The notes under the pieces were generated by a model that worked only from the letters and a program-made list of their open reading frames with translations, searched no databases and was not told the origin of the DNA. Both the position numbers and the translations under genes were made by a program. From positions 59,198-123,197 of the forward strand of contig JAQTUP010000002.1 of the NCBI GenBank assembly GCA_028707275.1: DNA of 64,000 nucleotides, given 5' to 3'. This DNA is from Gallionella sp. (GTDB lineage: Bacteria; Pseudomonadota; Gammaproteobacteria; Burkholderiales; Gallionellaceae). Below are positions 1 to 10,234 of the stretch, piece by piece. Each line of letters opens with the position of its first letter. The stretch's first letter is position 1.

Positions 1-1233
1 AACTGCGGTGATTTTCTGCTGGCATTGGAAGCCCGCGAACGGGCACGCACCGGGATCAGCACGCTCAAGGTTGAATATAACCGCGTACACGGTTTTTACA
101 TCGAAGTCAGCGCCGCACAAAGCGTCAACGTACCCGAGGATTACCGTCGGCGCCAGACCCTGAAGAACGCCGAGCGTTACATCACGCCGGAACTCAAGAC
201 CTTCGAGGACAAGGCGCTGTCCGCCAACGAGCGCGCACTGGCTCGCGAGAAATATCTCTATGACCAGTTGCTGGACCAGTTAGCGCCCTATATTTCGCAA
301 CTGCAACGCATCAGCACGGCCATTGCCGAGCTGGACGTGTTAGCCACCTTTGCCGAACGCGCCGCCACGCTGAACTTCAGCGCGCCGCAATTCACGGACG
401 ACGAACAAATCATCATCAAGGAAGGTCGACATCCGGTCGTACAAGCCCAGGTGGACAGGTTCACGCCAAACGATACCGAGTTGTCCTGCGCGCGCCGCAT
501 GCTGCTGATTACAGGCCCCAACATGGGAGGTAAATCCACCTACATGCGTCAGGTGGCGATCATTGTTCTGCTGGCCCATGTCGGCTGTTTCGTTCCGGCG
601 CAGCAGGCGATAATAGGCGAAACAGACCAGATTTTCACCCGTATCGGCGCATCCGACGATCTGGCCAGCGGACGCTCCACCTTCATGGTCGAGATGACAG
701 AAGCGGCCAATATCCTGCACAACGCGACTGACAAAAGCCTGGTGCTGGTCGATGAAATCGGGCGCGGCACCTCCACCTTCGACGGGCTGGCCTTGGCCCA
801 CGCCATCGCCTGCCACCTGCTGGAAAAAAACAGAAGTTACACCCTGTTTGCCACGCACTATTTCGAGCTCACGCGCCTGAATGAGGAATTCGCCCAGCTC
901 GCCAACGTGCATCTGGCGGCGATCGAACATCAGCACAGCATCGTGTTTTTGCATTCGGTCAACGAAGGGGCGGCCAGCCAGAGCTACGGGCTGCAAGTCG
1001 CAGCCCTGGCCGGTGTTCCGGCGCAAGTCATCAAGGCGGCCAAAAAACAACTGCGCGCACTGGAACAAAACAGCGCCGCACAAAACCCACAGGGCGATTT
1101 ATTTGCCGCAGTACCTGACGAACCCGAGGAACACCCCGTGCTTGGCGCGTTACGGGAACTACAGCCGGATGAAATGAGCCCCAGGGATGCACTTGAAAAG
1201 CTGTATCAATTAAAAGCATTAACGCTCGCTTGA
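1..1233 (+). CDS. mutS: DNA mismatch repair protein MutS, C-terminal ~410 aa; the 5' end lies outside the window
   Basis: The translation contains the MutS ATPase Walker A (GPNMGGKST), the [12 protein letters not shown] motif and the C-terminal dimerisation region. The reading frame is open from window position 1. Confidence 0.9.
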   Translation, partial: NCGDFLLALEARERARTGISTLKVEYNRVHGFYIEVSAAQSVNVPEDYRRRQTLKNAERYITPELKTFEDKALSANERALAREKYLYDQLLDQLAPYISQLQRISTAIAELDVLATFAERAATLNFSAPQFTDDEQIIIKEGRHPVVQAQVDRFTPNDTELSCARRMLLITGPNMGGKSTYMRQVAIIVLLAHVGCFVPAQQAIIGETDQIFTRIGASDDLASGRSTFMVEMTEAANILHNATDKSLVLVDEIGRGTSTFDGLALAHAIACHLLEKNRSYTLFATHYFELTRLNEEFAQLANVHLAAIEHQHSIVFLHSVNEGAASQSYGLQVAALAGVPAQVIKAAKKQLRALEQNSAAQNPQGDLFAAVPDEPEEHPVLGALRELQPDEMSPRDALEKLYQLKALTLA

Positions 1234-2147
1234 CCATCATGCACATTTCACTCGATAGTTTTGTAGCTCACCCCTTATTCGTCAAAGGGGTGGAAGCGGC
1301 TTTAGCCACCGTGCTGATCTTTATCGTGGTGCGTTTTGTCCAGACGGCCGCATCGAAGAAGATCGAGGACAAAGAGCTGCGCTACAAGATGCGCAAAACC
1401 GTCGGCCTGTCAGGTTACTTGCTCGCTCTCACCGTCGTGCTGACCATTTTCAGCGCGCAGATGACCAATCTTACGGTGATTATCGGCGCGCTCAGCGTGG
1501 GGATCGGCTTTGCCTTGCGCGAAGTCATACAAAGCCTGATCGGCTGGATCGCCCTGTCATTCTGGGGGCTGTACAAACCCGGCGAGCGGATTCAAATCGC
1601 CGGCATCATGGGGGACGTGATCGACATCGGCCTGCTGACCACCACCGTAATGGAGTGCGGCGGGTGGATCAAGGGGGATTTATACAATGGTCGCCTGGTT
1701 CGTTTATCGAACAGTCTGGTGTTCAGAGAACACATCATCAATTACACCTCGGACTTCCCCTTTTTGTGGGACGAGATTGTCATCCCGGTGAGAACCACGT
1801 CCGACCATCGCTTAGCCCGCACCCTTATCGAACAGGCCGCCATTTCTGCATTGCCCGACATCAGCGACCAATTGAAAGAGGCATGGCGCAACTTTGCGCA
1901 CCACTACCGCGTCGATGACGCCCGGCTGGAGCCTTCGGTGACGATGAATTTCGATGCCAACTGGATTGAGTTCACCTTGCGTTACGTCGTCGATTACCGC
2001 GCGAGGCGGTCGACCAAAGACCTGTTGTTTACGCGGATTCTGACCGCCATCGGCAAAACCGACGGCCAGGTACAAGTCGCATCAGCCACCCTTAAGATTA
2101 CGGAAATCGCGCCACCATCACCTCTGGCGCCGACCAACGGGATTTAA
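1230..2147 (+). CDS. Mechanosensitive ion channel family protein (MscS-like)
   Basis: A 305-aa ORF with N-terminal transmembrane helices and a conserved MscS pore/beta-domain-like region ([18 protein letters not shown]...[21 protein letters not shown]). Confidence 0.7.
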   Translation: MTIMHISLDSFVAHPLFVKGVEAALATVLIFIVVRFVQTAASKKIEDKELRYKMRKTVGLSGYLLALTVVLTIFSAQMTNLTVIIGALSVGIGFALREVIQSLIGWIALSFWGLYKPGERIQIAGIMGDVIDIGLLTTTVMECGGWIKGDLYNGRLVRLSNSLVFREHIINYTSDFPFLWDEIVIPVRTTSDHRLARTLIEQAAISALPDISDQLKEAWRNFAHHYRVDDARLEPSVTMNFDANWIEFTLRYVVDYRARRSTKDLLFTRILTAIGKTDGQVQVASATLKITEIAPPSPLAPTNGI

Positions 2148-2157
2148 TCTCGCAATT

Positions 2158-2550
2158 TCAACGCAGAAGCGTATCTTCTATCTCATGCAGTAACAAAGGC
2201 AGTTCATTTTGGCAGTGTTTGAGGCAACCTGCCCGTTCACCGCCACAGCGCAACCCTATCGAGACACCTGTTTGCAACTTTTCCCACGCCTCGGGTGCGA
2301 TGTGTTTTCCGGCCTGCTGCCGGTTGCGCAGATAACGCGCATAGCGCGCCATGCTGCGAAAATAATGTTCCAGCCGGGGCAAGTGCACAGCACGCGCGCC
2401 GCCGAACAAGGTGTCAAATTCCTGGTGCAACTGATCCAGTTGCACGCGATCCAGCGGTACGCCGGATCGAACAATGGCGGCAGCCCGTTGCATGCGCTCA
2501 CAACAATCCTCACAAAAGGCCTGTGACAGAGCCTCAAAAATCTTATCCAT
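2158..2550 (-). CDS. Hypothetical Cys-rich 130-aa protein, translationally coupled to cheB
   Basis: The ORF overlaps the cheB start by 8 nt on the same strand. It has six Cys residues in CxxCC and CxxxxxxCxxxC spacing. No recognisable family. Confidence 0.5.
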   Translation of the reverse strand: MDKIFEALSQAFCEDCCERMQRAAAIVRSGVPLDRVQLDQLHQEFDTLFGGARAVHLPRLEHYFRSMARYARYLRNRQQAGKHIAPEAWEKLQTGVSIGLRCGGERAGCLKHCQNELPLLLHEIEDTLLR

Positions 2551-3619
2551 CCAAAAGCGCCTGTTCGCGCACCAGGCGACTCAAATAGGCGGGCAGATGA
2601 TCCAGCGCCACCACCTTGTCCACCGCATCCAGTGCAATGGCCGTGCCCGGCATGCCGTAGACGACGGCGCTCATCTCGTCCTGCACCACCGTGTGACTGC
2701 CGGCACTACGCATAGCCAACAAGCCATCCGCGCCATCCTCCCCCATGCCGGTCAGCAATACGCCGATGGCACGATGCTGACAGATCTGCGCCACCGAATT
2801 GAACATGGGGCTGACTGACGGACGAAAGCCATTGCACGGCGACGCCTGACTCAGGCACACCATCAGTCCGGATGAACCGCGACTGAGCAAAAGGTGCTGG
2901 TCGTCGGGCGCAAAATAAATTGTGCCCGCCTTGAGCGTTTCGTCCTGTTCTGCCAGCTTGACGTTGAGCTGGGTATTATCAGACAGCCAGGCTGCCAGGC
3001 CACCGACAAATCCCTTTGAGATATGTTGCGTGACAAGGATGGGCACAGGAAAATGGCCGGGCAACAGCGAAAAAATTTGCTGTAGCGCCTGCGGACCACC
3101 GGTCGAGCAGCCCATTGCCACCAGCTCATATATCTGACCGGGCTGAGGGAGGGGCGCGTCATAGATTTCAGCCTCAATCGTACGCTCGATTTTTTTCCGA
3201 CTGAACAATTTCACCTGTGACATGGCACGCACGGTATCCACCAGATCGCGGCGTATGGACTCGAAATCAGGATGGGCGAAGCCGCGCGGTTTTTCCATGA
3301 CGGCCAGCGCGCCTTCTTCTATGGCTCGAAAAGTGATGCGCAACTCTTCATCATCCACACTGGAACTGACCACCACGATAGGCACCGGATTGTCAGCCAG
3401 AATCAAACGGGTCGCCTCGAAGCCATCCATCACCGGCATGCGGATGTCCATGGTAATCACATCAGGCGTCAGATCATGTGCCATCTGCACGCCTTCCAGG
3501 CCGTTTTTGGCGTGCCCCACCACCTGCATGTCCGCCTGCTGCTCAAAGATCGCCCGAAGCAGGAGCGCTACGACCGATGAATCTTCCACGATGAGAATAC
3601 GTAACATAATTCCTTTCAA
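2543..3619 (-). CDS. cheB: Chemotaxis response regulator protein-glutamate methylesterase CheB (REC plus methylesterase)
   Basis: It has an N-terminal receiver domain (ILIVEDSSVVALLL...MDIRMPVMDG) and a C-terminal CheB methylesterase domain (IAMGCSTGGPQAL...LLTGMGEDGA). Confidence 0.9.
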   Translation of the reverse strand: MKGIMLRILIVEDSSVVALLLRAIFEQQADMQVVGHAKNGLEGVQMAHDLTPDVITMDIRMPVMDGFEATRLILADNPVPIVVVSSSVDDEELRITFRAIEEGALAVMEKPRGFAHPDFESIRRDLVDTVRAMSQVKLFSRKKIERTIEAEIYDAPLPQPGQIYELVAMGCSTGGPQALQQIFSLLPGHFPVPILVTQHISKGFVGGLAAWLSDNTQLNVKLAEQDETLKAGTIYFAPDDQHLLLSRGSSGLMVCLSQASPCNGFRPSVSPMFNSVAQICQHRAIGVLLTGMGEDGADGLLAMRSAGSHTVVQDEMSAVVYGMPGTAIALDAVDKVVALDHLPAYLSRLVREQALLDG

Positions 3620-3641
3620 TTGCGCGCAAAACCAGTTGAGT

Positions 3642-5951
3642 TCAAATCAGCTGTTCCACGACGTCCAGCAATACCTTGGTTTCAAATTGACCCTTGACAA
3701 TATAGGCCTCGGCGCCAACTTCAATGCCGCGCAGCCGGTCTTCCTCGCGGGCGAGCGAGGTCACGATGATGACCGGCACCGCTTTGAGCCGCTCGCTCTG
3801 TTTAATCAGTGCGGTCAGTTCAAACCCGTTCATTTCCGGCATTTCAATATCCGTCACAACCAGATCAAATGTTTGTTCTTGCAGCATGAGCCATCCCTGA
3901 CGTCCGTTAACCGCCACACTGACCTTGTAGCCTGCATGCTCCAGGATACTTTTCTCCAGAGTACGGGTCGTAATGGAATCATCCACCACCAGCACAGACG
4001 GCACCGGAGCACTCTCGGCGCCGTCATCGCGCGGTGTGGCAAGACTTGCGCTCAACGCCGAGTCCACCAGATCCGACGGGTTGAGCACCATGATCACCTC
4101 ACCGCTGCCGGTCAGCGTGCCACCGTTGACATTACGCACTGACAGCAGGGGCGGGCGAAACGGCTTGACGACGATTTCACGCTCACCGATCACTTCATCG
4201 ACCAGAAAAGCCACACTATCCCAGCCTTTGGCCACCACGACCACAGGCATGGATTTTTTATGGCTGACTTCAGATTCGGCCAGGCTCAGGATCGCGGCCA
4301 GATCGCGCAACGGAATACTGTGCCCGCGATGCAAGATGGCATGACTGGCTTCGATTTTGATAATCTGGCAAGACTCGATCTCCATCACCTTGTCCACGGC
4401 TGATACCGGAATGGCAAACACCACCCCGCCTGCGCGTACCAGCACGCCATGCTCGGTGGCCAGCGTGATAGGCAGTCTGAGAATAAAGCGCGTACCATGC
4501 CCCTCTTCGGTTTCCAGCTGCACAGAGCCTTTGAGCTTGCGCAGATTTGCAACGACCACGTCCAGCCCCACGCCGCGTCCGGACATGCTGGTGATGATGT
4601 CACGGCTGGAAAAACCGGGACGAAAGATCAGGTTCATGATTTCCTCGCGCCCCATGGAGGCGAGCTCTGCATCGACGACCAGCTTCTTTTTGCGTGCGCA
4701 GTCCGCAATCTTTTCAGCCGAGATGCCAGCGCCATCGTCCTCTACGGTCAATACGACCTGACTGCCTTCGCTGAGAACCGAAATATGCAGACGACCCTCG
4801 GCGGGTTTACCATCCTCCAGCCTTTGTTGCGGCAATTCAATGCCGTGATCGAGCGCATTGCGCAGCAGGTGAATCAACGGGTCGCGGATACCTTCGAGCA
4901 CCATGCGATCAATTTCAATCTCGTCACCGCTGATTTCAAAATTGATTTTCTTACCCAGCTCACGCGCGATGTCCCGCACCTGGCGCGACAGCGGGCGCAG
5001 TAAACTCGCCACGGGAACCTGCCGCATCATGCGTACATTCTGCTGCAAGGATTCCACCAGCAATCCCAGACGACTGCAACTCGAACGCATTTCCCGGTGT
5101 GTCCGGGCACTGGAAGAATCAAGCTCCGCAATCGCATCTGCACTGCGCTTTTGCGCGGCAGCATCAGGGGGCGACGCCCTGTGGGGCACGACCAGCGCCT
5201 GTACACTGTTGCGCAACTGCTGCAAGGAAGCTAAATGATCGTCCATTTCAATTTTTGTGACCTGCAGCGCTTCCATCATCGCGGCCAGATTTTCGAGCTT
5301 CTCCCGGCTGATCCTCACCACCTCCGCTGACGGCCTGGCACGGGCTGACTCCGAAGTATTAACTGATTCGGCGTCTTCATCAGCGCCCGTCGGCGCGATG
5401 CGTTCGACGGGAGGTACGGCGGGCGCCATCGAAGAAGAGGCGGTTTTCTGCGTCGCATGAACGGGTAACGCATTAATGACAGCTGAATCAGCCGGTCCGG
5501 CGCCCTCCTCTGCCACTGACGTCACGGGCATCGCGGACGGCTGTTCGACGAGTGAGGCGACCTTTTCCAGTCGCAGGATCAGCCCCTCCTTGTCGAAGGA
5601 TCGCCCGGCATCAAAGGCTGCCATCGCCTGACGAATCGCGTCCATGGCTTCGAGCACAATATCGGTCACCTCCCCGTCCGGATTGCGCGACTCCCGTTTT
5701 AACACGGCAAAAATACTCTCCAGATGGTGTGCGATGTCGGATACATCATTCACTTCGACCCCGCGCGCAGCACCCTTGATATTATGCGCGGCACGAAATA
5801 CGCCTTCGAGCACCTGACGCTGCTCGTCGCCCGCCGCCCCCTTCTCCAACACCAGCAAACCATCGGTAATCACCTGGAGTTGCTCCTCCAGTTCGATGGC
5901 AAAGGTGTCCATCAGCATGCGCATCAATTCCTGATCAAATCCTAATGGCAT
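3642..5951 (-). CDS. cheA: CheA-CheY hybrid histidine kinase (Hpt, dimerisation, HATPase, CheW-like, C-terminal REC; WspE-like)
   Basis: The Hpt motif (HNIKGAARGVEV), the HATPase_c G-boxes (GRGVGLDVV), a CheW-like domain and a C-terminal receiver (VLVVDDSITTR...DIEMPEMNG) are all present. Confidence 0.9.
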   Translation of the reverse strand: MPLGFDQELMRMLMDTFAIELEEQLQVITDGLLVLEKGAAGDEQRQVLEGVFRAAHNIKGAARGVEVNDVSDIAHHLESIFAVLKRESRNPDGEVTDIVLEAMDAIRQAMAAFDAGRSFDKEGLILRLEKVASLVEQPSAMPVTSVAEEGAGPADSAVINALPVHATQKTASSSMAPAVPPVERIAPTGADEDAESVNTSESARARPSAEVVRISREKLENLAAMMEALQVTKIEMDDHLASLQQLRNSVQALVVPHRASPPDAAAQKRSADAIAELDSSSARTHREMRSSCSRLGLLVESLQQNVRMMRQVPVASLLRPLSRQVRDIARELGKKINFEISGDEIEIDRMVLEGIRDPLIHLLRNALDHGIELPQQRLEDGKPAEGRLHISVLSEGSQVVLTVEDDGAGISAEKIADCARKKKLVVDAELASMGREEIMNLIFRPGFSSRDIITSMSGRGVGLDVVVANLRKLKGSVQLETEEGHGTRFILRLPITLATEHGVLVRAGGVVFAIPVSAVDKVMEIESCQIIKIEASHAILHRGHSIPLRDLAAILSLAESEVSHKKSMPVVVVAKGWDSVAFLVDEVIGEREIVVKPFRPPLLSVRNVNGGTLTGSGEVIMVLNPSDLVDSALSASLATPRDDGAESAPVPSVLVVDDSITTRTLEKSILEHAGYKVSVAVNGRQGWLMLQEQTFDLVVTDIEMPEMNGFELTALIKQSERLKAVPVIIVTSLAREEDRLRGIEVGAEAYIVKGQFETKVLLDVVEQLI

Positions 5952-5982
5952 GATTGCTCGTTTCAGTTATGGGTTAAGCTGC

Positions 5983-7518
5983 CTACAGTTTGTAAGTGCT
6001 GACGCTGTCGCGCAGCCGCTCGGCCACACGGCGCAGGTCTGCCGACGACTGCTTGCTTTGTTGCGCGGTGGTGACAAATTGCGCCGTCACTTTATTGATT
6101 TCTTTCATCGCCAGGGTCACCTGTTCGATGCCGATAAATTTTTGCCGCACTACAGCCGAAATTTGCTGGCTTGCGATGGCCGTTTCACGCACGACTTCAC
6201 CCAACTTGCGCACCACCTCCCCGCTTTTTTGCACCGACAGCATCCCGGCATCCACCCCTTTGCTGCCCTCTTCGGTGGCCATCACTGCGCGATCCGTTGC
6301 ATGCCGTATATCCTGGAGTATCTTTTGCACCTGAGCGGTCGATTGCTGCGATTGCTCCGCCAGCTCACGCACTTCGGCCGCGACGACGGCAAATCCCTTA
6401 CCTGCTTCGCCGGCTTTGGCAGCCTCAATGGAGGCATTGAGCGCCAGCATCTTGGATTGCTGGGCAAGGTTGGTCACGACAGCCGTAATTTCACCGATTT
6501 GCTGTGTCTGCTCGCTGAGCGCCAGTATGGTTTGCGCGATACCTTCGACGCGCTCGCGGATCGCTATCATACCCAAAATAGCCTGTTCTACCGCAACACT
6601 GCCTTGTTCGCTTTCGCGTCTGGCGCGTTCGGCCGACTCCCCTAACACCTGCATTTTCTCCATGGTCTGAGCCGACATGGCCTTGATTTCATCAAGCGAA
6701 GAAGTGGTTTCGTTGACCGCTGCCGCCTGTTCGGAAGCACCGGCCGACTGGCCGTTGATCGACTGCTGCAATTGCTCCAGCGTGCTGTAAATGGTATTGA
6801 TCGCCTCTGTCGTATCCGAGGCCACATGCGCCAGACTTTCTGTCATGCCATTGAGATTACTGCCCAGCTTTGCCAGATCGTCGCTGCCCACCACATCAAG
6901 CCTATGGCTCAAATCGCCCTCGGCCACGCTTGCAATGAAAGTCTGATAGGTCGCCAGTCTGGCCTCAATCTCATCTTTTGACATGCTGACCCCGTTCAGG
7001 TCAGTCATCAAACCATGTATATAGGTATCCATGGACAACTGGGAATCGATGGAGATGATCTTATGCAAGGCTTGCAAAGCCGCCTCCCGCGCACGGGCAT
7101 TCCACCGGTACTGGCGCTGGATCAACTTGACGATCTGGCAACTGTACACACTGTAACTGCCCAAATACCAGCGCGGAGTAAGACCAATTTTGTTGTGGAT
7201 CACACCGATTTTCAACCGCCGTTCAAAATAGGCGTCGCCATAATCTCCATCGAACATTTCCAGCAGATAGCGTTTCTGGGTCGTCTTGAGCCTGTCAATG
7301 TTTGAACCGGCCTCCCCGATGACATTCATCAGTTCGGTATATCGCTCGATATTGGCGTAAAAAGCATCGACAATGACGTCCGAATGCTGCTGGATAAAGG
7401 GACGCAAGGCTTTTAACGCTTGTATGTCCTGATCGCCAAAATCGACAAACTTCTTGCGCGAGGCCTGTTCGTTCGCATCAATACCCATCAACTGGGTCAG
7501 GGACTGGCTAAATTTCAT
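5983..7518 (-). CDS. Soluble globin-coupled methyl-accepting chemotaxis protein (HemAT-like heme-based sensor)
   Basis: It has no TM segments. The N-terminus is a sensor-globin fold (FYANIERYTEL..., LTPRWYLGSY). The C-terminus carries the highly conserved MCP signalling motif (LALNASIEAAKAGEAGKGFAVVAAEVRELAEQS). Confidence 0.85.
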   Translation of the reverse strand: MKFSQSLTQLMGIDANEQASRKKFVDFGDQDIQALKALRPFIQQHSDVIVDAFYANIERYTELMNVIGEAGSNIDRLKTTQKRYLLEMFDGDYGDAYFERRLKIGVIHNKIGLTPRWYLGSYSVYSCQIVKLIQRQYRWNARAREAALQALHKIISIDSQLSMDTYIHGLMTDLNGVSMSKDEIEARLATYQTFIASVAEGDLSHRLDVVGSDDLAKLGSNLNGMTESLAHVASDTTEAINTIYSTLEQLQQSINGQSAGASEQAAAVNETTSSLDEIKAMSAQTMEKMQVLGESAERARRESEQGSVAVEQAILGMIAIRERVEGIAQTILALSEQTQQIGEITAVVTNLAQQSKMLALNASIEAAKAGEAGKGFAVVAAEVRELAEQSQQSTAQVQKILQDIRHATDRAVMATEEGSKGVDAGMLSVQKSGEVVRKLGEVVRETAIASQQISAVVRQKFIGIEQVTLAMKEINKVTAQFVTTAQQSKQSSADLRRVAERLRDSVSTYKL

Positions 7519-7546
7519 GCAACTCTCCGGTTAATTTTCAGAAATT

Positions 7547-8206
7547 TCAAAGAACCTGACGCTGCACGCGCAACGCCGGATCATCCATCAATGCTGCCAG
7601 ATTTAACAGCGTGACGCAGGCGTTGTGAATACCGAGTACATATTCCATATTCGTCACCCCGTTCGACATGAGAGGCGCGGACACATCAGCCTCATGATAT
7701 TTTTCGTTACCATCCACAGCATCCACCAGCAGGCCTGCGCGCATCTGGCCGTGCTTGACCACGATAATGCGCGCATCAACCCCCGACGGAACCGCTGGCA
7801 TACGAAAAAATTGTTTCAGATCCAGTATCGTCAGCAATTCGCCACGATGATTGATCACCCCGGCCACAAATGCAGGCGTGCACGGCACACGGGCAAGATG
7901 CCCCACATAGAGTAACTCTTCCAAATAAGGATAGGGGATACCATAGCGTTCCGCCCCCAGGCGAAAACGCAGGTACTGGCCCCAGGCTTCGTGCTGTGGC
8001 CCGCTCACGGGCCTGGCAATCAACTCGGCACGCGCGGCCAGCATCTTCTGAGAGGCAGCATCCTGCGGCATCAGTGCCGCTGCAAATTGAACAGGAGCCA
8101 AAACAGAAGGGCCGGGCAGCGGCATATCCCCCGCAGGCGGCGGTTCTGAATCCGGCCTGATATCCCTGGCGCCATGCGGCGGATGTTTTTTTCTGATTTT
8201 CGCCAT
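7547..8206 (-). CDS. cheW: CheW-like coupling protein with a Pro-rich N-terminal extension
   Basis: The CheW domain is in the C-terminal 150 aa (GVINHRGELLTILDL...LLVDAV). The N-terminal ~60 aa are low-complexity and Pro-rich. Confidence 0.8.
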   Translation of the reverse strand: MAKIRKKHPPHGARDIRPDSEPPPAGDMPLPGPSVLAPVQFAAALMPQDAASQKMLAARAELIARPVSGPQHEAWGQYLRFRLGAERYGIPYPYLEELLYVGHLARVPCTPAFVAGVINHRGELLTILDLKQFFRMPAVPSGVDARIIVVKHGQMRAGLLVDAVDGNEKYHEADVSAPLMSNGVTNMEYVLGIHNACVTLLNLAALMDDPALRVQRQVL

Positions 8207-8230
8207 ATTTCCTGCCCGTGTTTCGAAAAA

Positions 8231-9739
8231 TTAACGTGAAGCTCCCCGCCTGCCACTGCGGGCACTGCGGGCACTGCGGGCACTGCCGAGCATGCTGATT
8301 TCATTTTGCAAAACCTGTGCGAAACGGCTATAAGTCATTCCGCCCGCGTTGTGCAGCTTGCGTTCCGGTTCTCCTGATTGTGCAAGCTTCAGCGCCGTCC
8401 CCAGGCTTTTGATGCCCTCTGTTAAATTGCCACTTCGCACTTTTAACATGCCGATTTCATAGTGCGCTTCGAGAAATGAGCGATCCAGATACAACGCGCG
8501 GCGCAGAGCATCCTCTGCCTCCTCGATATGATCGAGCTCTGAGAGAATCAGACTCTGAATCAGGTAAGCATGTTTGTTGCCAGGATCCAGTTGCAAGCTT
8601 CGAACACAAGCTCTTTGAGCCTCGTCCAGACGCCCGAGATTCGCCAGCGCGCGGGCGCTCATTTGCCATAGCTTGCTGTTTTCATCCCCTCTCTTGCAGG
8701 CGGCTTCGACCTGCACCAGCACCGCCGACCAGTCCGCGCGATCGAATAACTCGATCAGCTCATCCATCTGTTCATCGGATTGAACAGCGGCGCTATTTTC
8801 CACGGCCATCGTCGGCGCCGGATCCGGCTCTGAATCTGACGACAGCGCCGCATCCGGACACACTCTGGCCTGGTTCGCGGACGGCGCCCCCGGTGCAGAA
8901 GCTTTGTAAAAATAACCCGCAAAGTTCGTTTGCCGCAATTCAAGTGGCGTATGCATGTATTCGACTGGGTCTGACGCGCCCAGCATCAGCACGCCACCTT
9001 CGACAAGACACGATGCATATTGCGCCATACTGCGCCTGACGGCCTCGCGATCCAGATAGATAAACACGTTGCGGCACAGGATCAGATCCATCGCATTGGT
9101 CTGCCCCAGTATCGACGGATAAACATCTGCACTCAGATTAAGGTAAGCAAAATGCGCCATCTGCCTGATCTGGCTGTGAATTTCATATTTATTCCCCGCC
9201 GGAGTAAACCAGCGCTCGCGCACCGCCTGCGGTGTCGCGCGAAAGGACCAGTCCGAATAGCGCCCGCACATCGCGCGAGCCACGACTTCACTGTTGATGT
9301 CGGTTCCCAGCAAATGGATGCGCCACTGCACAATATCCGGAATAAGCTCCAGCAACAACAAGGCCATCGTGTAGAGCTCCTGCCCCTCCGAGCATCCGGC
9401 ACTCCAGACGCGCAATGACAAATTCCCACTTGCACGCTTTGCGTCTATCATCCGGGGCAGCAACGTCTCTCGCAGCAATTCGATCTGGCAGCTGTCGCGA
9501 AAAAAATAACTCTCGCCTACTGTCACCCCTGAAATCAAATATTGAAGAGGCTCGCTCCAATCAGCAGCGCGTTGAAGCTCATCCAGATAGTGCGCCGCGT
9601 TGCGATAAAAAAAATGTGCACATCCCTTGCGCAGCGTATCGCGCAGATTGGACAACTGATGATCTTGCAGGACGATACCGGTACGCCGCGCAATCAGCCG
9701 ACAAAATGCATCTTCAAGTTCGGCGGCAAGACTATCCAT
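8231..9739 (-). CDS. cheR: CheR-type MCP methyltransferase with a C-terminal TPR domain (WspC-like)
   Basis: CheR SAM-binding motifs (ESYFFRD, RVWSAGCSEGQE, LCRNVFIYL) are followed by TPR repeats. The C-terminal tail contains a 9-mer tandem repeat encoding ARSARSARS. Confidence 0.9.
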   Translation of the reverse strand: MDSLAAELEDAFCRLIARRTGIVLQDHQLSNLRDTLRKGCAHFFYRNAAHYLDELQRAADWSEPLQYLISGVTVGESYFFRDSCQIELLRETLLPRMIDAKRASGNLSLRVWSAGCSEGQELYTMALLLLELIPDIVQWRIHLLGTDINSEVVARAMCGRYSDWSFRATPQAVRERWFTPAGNKYEIHSQIRQMAHFAYLNLSADVYPSILGQTNAMDLILCRNVFIYLDREAVRRSMAQYASCLVEGGVLMLGASDPVEYMHTPLELRQTNFAGYFYKASAPGAPSANQARVCPDAALSSDSEPDPAPTMAVENSAAVQSDEQMDELIELFDRADWSAVLVQVEAACKRGDENSKLWQMSARALANLGRLDEAQRACVRSLQLDPGNKHAYLIQSLILSELDHIEEAEDALRRALYLDRSFLEAHYEIGMLKVRSGNLTEGIKSLGTALKLAQSGEPERKLHNAGGMTYSRFAQVLQNEISMLGSARSARSARSGRRGASR

Positions 9740-9763
9740 GCAGATACAGATATGTGTCGCCCA

Positions 9764-10231
9764 TCATTGCTCGGCGCCCTGATACAGCCCGGAATTGATC
9801 AGCCAGGCCGCATCGAGCAGGAATGCCAGCCCCGTATCCGTATGCGCACAGGCACGAAACGCCGCATCATGGCGTCCCAGTTCGCCGGTAAGCTGCAAGT
9901 CCGACTCTTGCAGCATCTGAATTCCTTTAATGTCCTGAACGATGACCCCCATGCGTTTTAGCCCGTGCATGCACACCACAATAGGCGTATCCAGCGTATA
10001 AGGTAATGACGGCAGACCCAGACGAATCGCAAGATCAATCACGGGCACACTGCTGCCCGCATAATTCATGATACCCGCCACATGCGGTGCACTGCCCGGC
10101 ATGACATGCAGCGCCACAAGCGAAATAGTGCGTTCCACATACCCCAGCTCAATGCAGGCCAGCATCCCCCCCATCTTCAACACCAACACCTGGCAGTTTC
10201 CCGACAAAACCTCGTCAATATCGGCTCTCAT
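9764..10231 (-). CDS. cheW: CheW coupling protein
   Basis: A 155-aa single-domain CheW (VAGIMNYAGSSVPVIDL...IVQDI). Confidence 0.85.
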   Translation of the reverse strand: MRADIDEVLSGNCQVLVLKMGGMLACIELGYVERTISLVALHVMPGSAPHVAGIMNYAGSSVPVIDLAIRLGLPSLPYTLDTPIVVCMHGLKRMGVIVQDIKGIQMLQESDLQLTGELGRHDAAFRACAHTDTGLAFLLDAAWLINSGLYQGAEQ

Positions 10232-10234
10232 GGC

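Noticed and set aside
8228-8290. Tandem 9-mer repeat (ggcactgcg, 3.5 copies) reminiscent of a micro-array
   Set aside because: It lies inside the cheR coding sequence and encodes an ARSARSARS tail. It is too short, with no spacers, so it is not CRISPR or a VNTR of note.
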